A stretch of 64,000 bases of DNA, from positions 224,001-288,000 of the forward strand of contig JAXGPF010000003.1 in assembly GCA_040767085.1 (NCBI GenBank), read 5' to 3'. A model generated the notes under the pieces. That model did not search any database. It was not told the DNA's origin and was given only the letters and a program-made list of their open reading frames with translations. Shown here piece by piece: positions 59,507 to 64,000 of the stretch (position 1 is the stretch's first letter; each line of letters begins with the position of its first letter). This DNA is from Kiritimatiellia bacterium (GTDB taxonomy: Bacteria > Verrucomicrobiota > Kiritimatiellia > JAAZAB01). Position numbers and translations under genes: made by a program.

Positions 59507-61410
59507 GGCGCAAATTCCTCCCGTACTACATCAACCAACTCCGGATTATCCCGAAACGTTTCAAAAAATGCCAGCATGATGCCGTTGGCGCCGACCGAGC
59601 CGGCAATTCGTATTTCCCGGCGCAGCCGCTCGGGCGTTTTTAATTTGTCGCCGCCATACGCGCCGATAAACGGAACGAACCGATTCAAGCCGAAGTGCTT
59701 GCCCGACTCACCCTGATAAGCTTCGCACAGATCCAGGATTTTGCCGTAAGACCAGAATGGCTTGTAAAACCACGCTACCGTCTGGCCGCTGTAATCCACA
59801 TGTAATTTTGCCGGATACAACGGATTCAAATCGAAATCCGGGTAGATATGGATGGCCAGCTTCAAATCCGGCTTGATTTTCAACAATAATTCCCGCGCTT
59901 GCCGGGTCCATTCTACCAGCCGGGATTCGGAATAATGCGTCAACACTTCCCTGGCATCCATTTCCGGGTGGGCTTCGGCGAATTTCAGGCGCTCCGCACG
60001 CGAGTAATCGCAAAAGCAGGCGTAATAATTGCGGTAACCGAGATAATCCAAACCGATGCCATCCAGATCGTATTTCGAAAACAATTCGGTTAAATACCTG
60101 GCTTCTTCCGGGTCCAGCCCGCGGTCGGGGCACAGCCAATCGCCGGAATGGGCATTAACACGATCGGGCGTAACGCGCGGCATTTTGATTGATTGCGCTT
60201 CCCAGGGCTGGATTGTCTGCGCCAGTTCGGGATGTTGCTTGATATATTGCTGATCCATCGCCCGCAGATTGATCGTCCAGGCATAAACCTGGATATTTTT
60301 CGCCCGCGCGGCGCGGATCAGTTCGCCCAACGGATCAATGGTCATACCATCGGGTTTGGGATAAATATCGCTTTCATAACAAACCCGGCCGTGGCCGGCG
60401 GAAGCTGCGGCAATAACAACATTGACATGCATTTTCTCCAGCGTAGCCACCAGATTACTGACAGATTCCAGCGTCAGCATGTCCTTATGGTGCACCCACA
60501 TCGCGCGCCATGCAAATTCCGCTTTCGGTATATACGCGGTTTTGGCTGTTTGCGCGAATGTCCGTTCGGCCTGGAAAAGAAGCCCGCCCCACTTGTCCGG
60601 ATTGTGACAATCGCGGACGCCGATCACCGGCCAGGTCCAGTAACTGGCCTGGCCGTCACGCGCGGCATAACGGCGTCCGAGATGGGCCAGCCACCGGTCG
60701 CCGGGCCGCGGCGGATAATTCTTTCTCTCTGCCAGGTGTGTCAGAGCGGCTAATGGAATGGCGACTTCCGCCTGCCATCCGTCGTCAATGTCATACGGGT
60801 CGTTCAGCGTCCCCCGGGTGATCACGGCGCATTGCATTCCTTCACAATTCCATTCCGGCACATCCGGATTTTCAAAGTGTTTTACTCCGATGCGGTCGCT
60901 GACTTCCCTTTTCCAGGGGGACTTGTGCCACTTATCGCAGATTTTGCCCAGGGGATTGATATGGATTTCCGTGTAGCGCTGCCCCAGGCCGTCCGGTGCG
61001 AGGTATATCTTGAAAAAACTTTCCGTATACGCCTGCTTGCGCTTGCCGGGGTTTTGCCACCCTTCAATTTGCAATCCCATGGGATCATCCCGGACGATTT
61101 TGGCGGCCCAGACATCCGGATCGCCGGCGGCCATGGCAAAATACAGGCATTCATCATCCCATAACATCCGGGCGGTTACCGGGTAACGCGCCGGGGAGCC
61201 GTCGGCCATATCCGCGAACACCGGCGACGGTTCGGCGTCCCGCCAGGCGGCCTCGTCAAATTGGCCATCAATCACAATGGGAGTTGACGCCTTATAAACC
61301 GCATATTCCGGCGGGTTATCTGGCGTAGTCTCCGCCGCCAAGGCAATATCAGCCATGGCAACCAAACCGGCAAATCCAATTATCTTTTTAATTCGATTAT
61401 TATCGGTCAT
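59503..61410 (-). CDS. Secreted CBM9-like plus GHL10-type glycoside hydrolase
   Basis: IVIDGQFDEAAW, MLWDDECLY, WRAMWV, DPLGELIRAARAKNIQVYAW, YDLDGIGLDY. Confidence 0.75.
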   Translation of the reverse strand: MTDNNRIKKIIGFAGLVAMADIALAAETTPDNPPEYAVYKASTPIVIDGQFDEAAWRDAEPSPVFADMADGSPARYPVTARMLWDDECLYFAMAAGDPDVWAAKIVRDDPMGLQIEGWQNPGKRKQAYTESFFKIYLAPDGLGQRYTEIHINPLGKICDKWHKSPWKREVSDRIGVKHFENPDVPEWNCEGMQCAVITRGTLNDPYDIDDGWQAEVAIPLAALTHLAERKNYPPRPGDRWLAHLGRRYAARDGQASYWTWPVIGVRDCHNPDKWGGLLFQAERTFAQTAKTAYIPKAEFAWRAMWVHHKDMLTLESVSNLVATLEKMHVNVVIAAASAGHGRVCYESDIYPKPDGMTIDPLGELIRAARAKNIQVYAWTINLRAMDQQYIKQHPELAQTIQPWEAQSIKMPRVTPDRVNAHSGDWLCPDRGLDPEEARYLTELFSKYDLDGIGLDYLGYRNYYACFCDYSRAERLKFAEAHPEMDAREVLTHYSESRLVEWTRQARELLLKIKPDLKLAIHIYPDFDLNPLYPAKLHVDYSGQTVAWFYKPFWSYGKILDLCEAYQGESGKHFGLNRFVPFIGAYGGDKLKTPERLRREIRIAGSVGANGIMLAFFETFRDNPELVDVVREEFAP

Positions 61411-62818
61411 TTTCTTCTTCGTGTCCGTGGTTAAATTTTCCGGCATCCCGATTTATTGCAACCAATCTCATATCCACCTTCATCCAGGACGAAACCGGCT
61501 TGAAAAGTTTCGGCGTCGCCGGTGCGTATCCATCCGCCTGCACGTTAATTTCATACTCGAAATCCGTCCGTTCCGGCGGCGCATTGGTGTTTTCCGCCGC
61601 GCGCACGCGATATTCGGCCAACACAACCGCACCGGCGTCTCCGCGCCCGGGCGTCATGCCGGCCGCATCGGTTACCCCTTCCCAGCGTGTAATGGCGTTC
61701 AAATCATGGTCATCGGCCAGCAAGCGGCAAACCACCCGTGCATTTTGAATGGGGCGGCGGTCTTCATCCGTGACCGCCATCCTGACATGCCGGTGGGATA
61801 CCAGGGCCGGCAACCCGCGGCCTTCCCGGGTTTGGCGTTCATTGCGTATCAGGTCCGGCAATGTGCCCCGCCCAAATTCGCAATCCACGGCATTCACCAC
61901 GCTGCCGGCAATCGTCAAGCGCAGGTTTTGCCGGTTGCCTTCGAACAGACAGTCGTACAATTCGGCATGAATGGGACCGCCCCAGTCCCGCACCGCGGAC
62001 TGTAAATCGCGAAAGACACAACCACGGGCCACCCACCCGTAATTAATCATGGCCGAGCCGCCATGCTCGAAAACGGTCTGCGCAACAATTGAACAATCAC
62101 GATGCAGCCCGTAAGTTGCCACTCCGTTAAACCAGGCAATTACGGCATTGCTTAACACGACGGACTCGCCGTAGAGCAAACCTCCGGCAAAGGCATGTTT
62201 GGCATCTTCCCTTGCCGCGGTAATGCGGCTGTTGTAAACGTGCAACTGGCCGCCCTGCGCGGCATGACGTGAAAACTTTTTTCCGCCAGCCGCCAAGGCC
62301 GGGCACTCCCTGACATAGAGTCCGTGCCTTTTGTCCGGCGCGGACTCGATTTTCAATACCGCCCGCGCGGCCGGCGCCCCGGGAACGCCGAGCGTCAGCC
62401 GATTGACGCAATGCGCCGCATCCCTGGGATTTTCACCCTTGATCCGGAAGGGATAAACAATCACATTACCGTTAACCACCATGGTTTCTGCCCGGTTGTC
62501 CTTATCGCCGAGTTGGAAATAAGTCCGGGAGCCGTCATTCCACCCGACCTGCAAATCGGCATCCACCCGGTAATCGCCATTGCTCTGATTATATGTCACA
62601 ATCCCCCAGTTGTTCATCCGGTCAACCCGCAATAAGGTTTCGGGCCGGCAGGGATTGGATTCCGGGTAGCCGGTCACCCGCAAGGTATTGGCAGCGCGGT
62701 CAAAAACCACGCCGGCCATAACAGATGCGGTGTTAAATAATAACGCCGAAATAAGGATTTGCCGCAAGACCAGCAGTAAAGATCGCGCGGCAACCCCGTG
62801 AATAAAACTCGTTTTCAA
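61400..62818 (-). CDS. Hypothetical exported protein (beta-helix-like with carboxypeptidase-regulatory-like C-terminus)
   Basis: Signal peptide; VTDEDRRPIQNARV...YEINVQADGY. Confidence 0.6.
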   Translation of the reverse strand: MKTSFIHGVAARSLLLVLRQILISALLFNTASVMAGVVFDRAANTLRVTGYPESNPCRPETLLRVDRMNNWGIVTYNQSNGDYRVDADLQVGWNDGSRTYFQLGDKDNRAETMVVNGNVIVYPFRIKGENPRDAAHCVNRLTLGVPGAPAARAVLKIESAPDKRHGLYVRECPALAAGGKKFSRHAAQGGQLHVYNSRITAAREDAKHAFAGGLLYGESVVLSNAVIAWFNGVATYGLHRDCSIVAQTVFEHGGSAMINYGWVARGCVFRDLQSAVRDWGGPIHAELYDCLFEGNRQNLRLTIAGSVVNAVDCEFGRGTLPDLIRNERQTREGRGLPALVSHRHVRMAVTDEDRRPIQNARVVCRLLADDHDLNAITRWEGVTDAAGMTPGRGDAGAVVLAEYRVRAAENTNAPPERTDFEYEINVQADGYAPATPKLFKPVSSWMKVDMRLVAINRDAGKFNHGHEEENDR

Positions 62819-62909
62819 TCATCCGCTCCACTTTTTCTCCGTGCTTCCGCGCCTCCGTGGTGAATTCTTATTATTTTGCCCACAGATTCCGCGTAACACC
62901 CGCTTTAAC

Positions 62910-63881
62910 TTACCGCCATCGGGCGATTTCAGATCCTGCCGCCGCAATCGCATCCAGATGCTGCCGCCGGTACTTTTGCAAGGTTGGCAGCCAGGTGGTC
63001 TGCATAAACCCGTACAAGCGCCGGGACGCGATCTGCCGGCGGCCCAGCGCCACGACGCGTTTAAAATTGTCGGGCCGCGAGCAAGTGCTGGCGGCGGGCA
63101 CCTGGTCAAAACCGAGTTTTTCCAATTCCAGCCAGGCCTTGACCGGCTTTAACCGCAGGGTTTTGGTCATATTGCCATCCTGCGGATTAGCCCGCGCCAG
63201 CACCGCTTCCGGGCTCATGTTTTTATAATACCACCAATTGCTTTGCAAAACATCTTTGGGCATGCGCCGGGCAAATTCCGCGGGGTGGTACCATTGATAA
63301 TCCGACCAAATCCACGGCCGCGCGCCGCCGCGGCGCACCTGGTCGAACAATAATTCCTGGTCATGCCAATACAAGTCGAACTGGCGGATGGCGGCAAATT
63401 GATTGTAGATCTGGTTAACGGCGGTTTCCTCATCCATGCCCAAATGGAAAAAACGCGGATGATCGAATAATTCGATGACTTCCGCGATCAGGTCGCGGCA
63501 AACCCGGTAATACACGGCGGTTGAAAGTTGCCGTTCATACGGATCCAGCCAGGCATCATGCGCGGCGGAAAAATTCAGCTTGGGGATGGGTTCCAGGCCA
63601 TGATCGCGCAGCCGCGCCAATTCCCGCCGCAGGCTTGCAAGCGACCAGGCATGCCGGACGGCGATTTCGGGATGGCGGGAGTATCTGACGCCGTCACCCA
63701 AGTCCAGCACCACCATGTTCATGCCGGCCTGCGCCATGGCCTGAATAATTTCCGTCCACAGCCGATCGTCAAACCGCAACCGCGGCTGGGCAATGGCATC
63801 GTGGTGTTTGGCCGGCAAGGCGGACGGGGGGCAATCAAACCAGAAGTTATAACTCAAGTGGATTAAATTGGCCCAGATCAT
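62910..63881 (-). CDS. GH20-like TIM-barrel protein
   Basis: IPKLNFSAAHD, FFHLGMDEE, PWIWSD, GFMQTTW. Confidence 0.7.
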   Translation of the reverse strand: MIWANLIHLSYNFWFDCPPSALPAKHHDAIAQPRLRFDDRLWTEIIQAMAQAGMNMVVLDLGDGVRYSRHPEIAVRHAWSLASLRRELARLRDHGLEPIPKLNFSAAHDAWLDPYERQLSTAVYYRVCRDLIAEVIELFDHPRFFHLGMDEETAVNQIYNQFAAIRQFDLYWHDQELLFDQVRRGGARPWIWSDYQWYHPAEFARRMPKDVLQSNWWYYKNMSPEAVLARANPQDGNMTKTLRLKPVKAWLELEKLGFDQVPAASTCSRPDNFKRVVALGRRQIASRRLYGFMQTTWLPTLQKYRRQHLDAIAAAGSEIARWR

Positions 63882-63897
63882 TGTCTCTCCCAAAATA

Positions 63898-64000
63898 TCA
63901 ATGCCCCGAACACCGGCTCCGGCTGATGACGGCGTTCATCACCCGCATGAAATTTTCCCCGATGATTTTTTGAATTACATCGTCCCGGTATCCGCGCTGC
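63898..64000 (-). CDS. 3' end of a probable membrane dipeptidase (M19), partial
   Basis: QRGYRDDVIQKIIGENFMRV resembles the M19 C-terminal motif. Confidence 0.6.
   Translation of the reverse strand, partial: QRGYRDDVIQKIIGENFMRVMNAVISRSRCSGH

Overview
This is a GC-rich bacterial chromosome segment. The gene content (many UroD-family and GHL6 proteins, a WCGWC thioredoxin, beta-helix and FG-GAP secreted proteins) suggests Kiritimatiellota/Lentisphaerota, which is inference only. Bases 1-9277 are the right part of a phage-satellite/integrative element (cro-xis-primase-helicase, second xis, AbiEi antitoxin) that ends in a 3' half of tRNA-Gly(TCC), read as attR. The element looks grounded. Its helicase is split in frame by a 3739-bp four-gene transposon (TPR passenger, Zn-ribbon/HTH protein, DDE transposase, ExeA-type ATPase; TG...CA ends, 3-bp ACG target duplication), and its AbiEii toxin survives only as about 34 C-terminal codons. 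It also carries a highly structured non-coding region at about 6.9-7.45 kb. The rest of the window holds gyrBA, prfC, bioB, two VapBC modules and secreted beta-helix proteins. It also has a large set of glycan-degradation genes interleaved with a corrinoid protein, two UroD-family methyltransferase-like genes and a PocR/AraC regulator, plus several small palindromic repeat families at gene junctions. No CRISPR array, rRNA or intact tRNA was seen. All family calls come from motif recognition by eye, not database searches.
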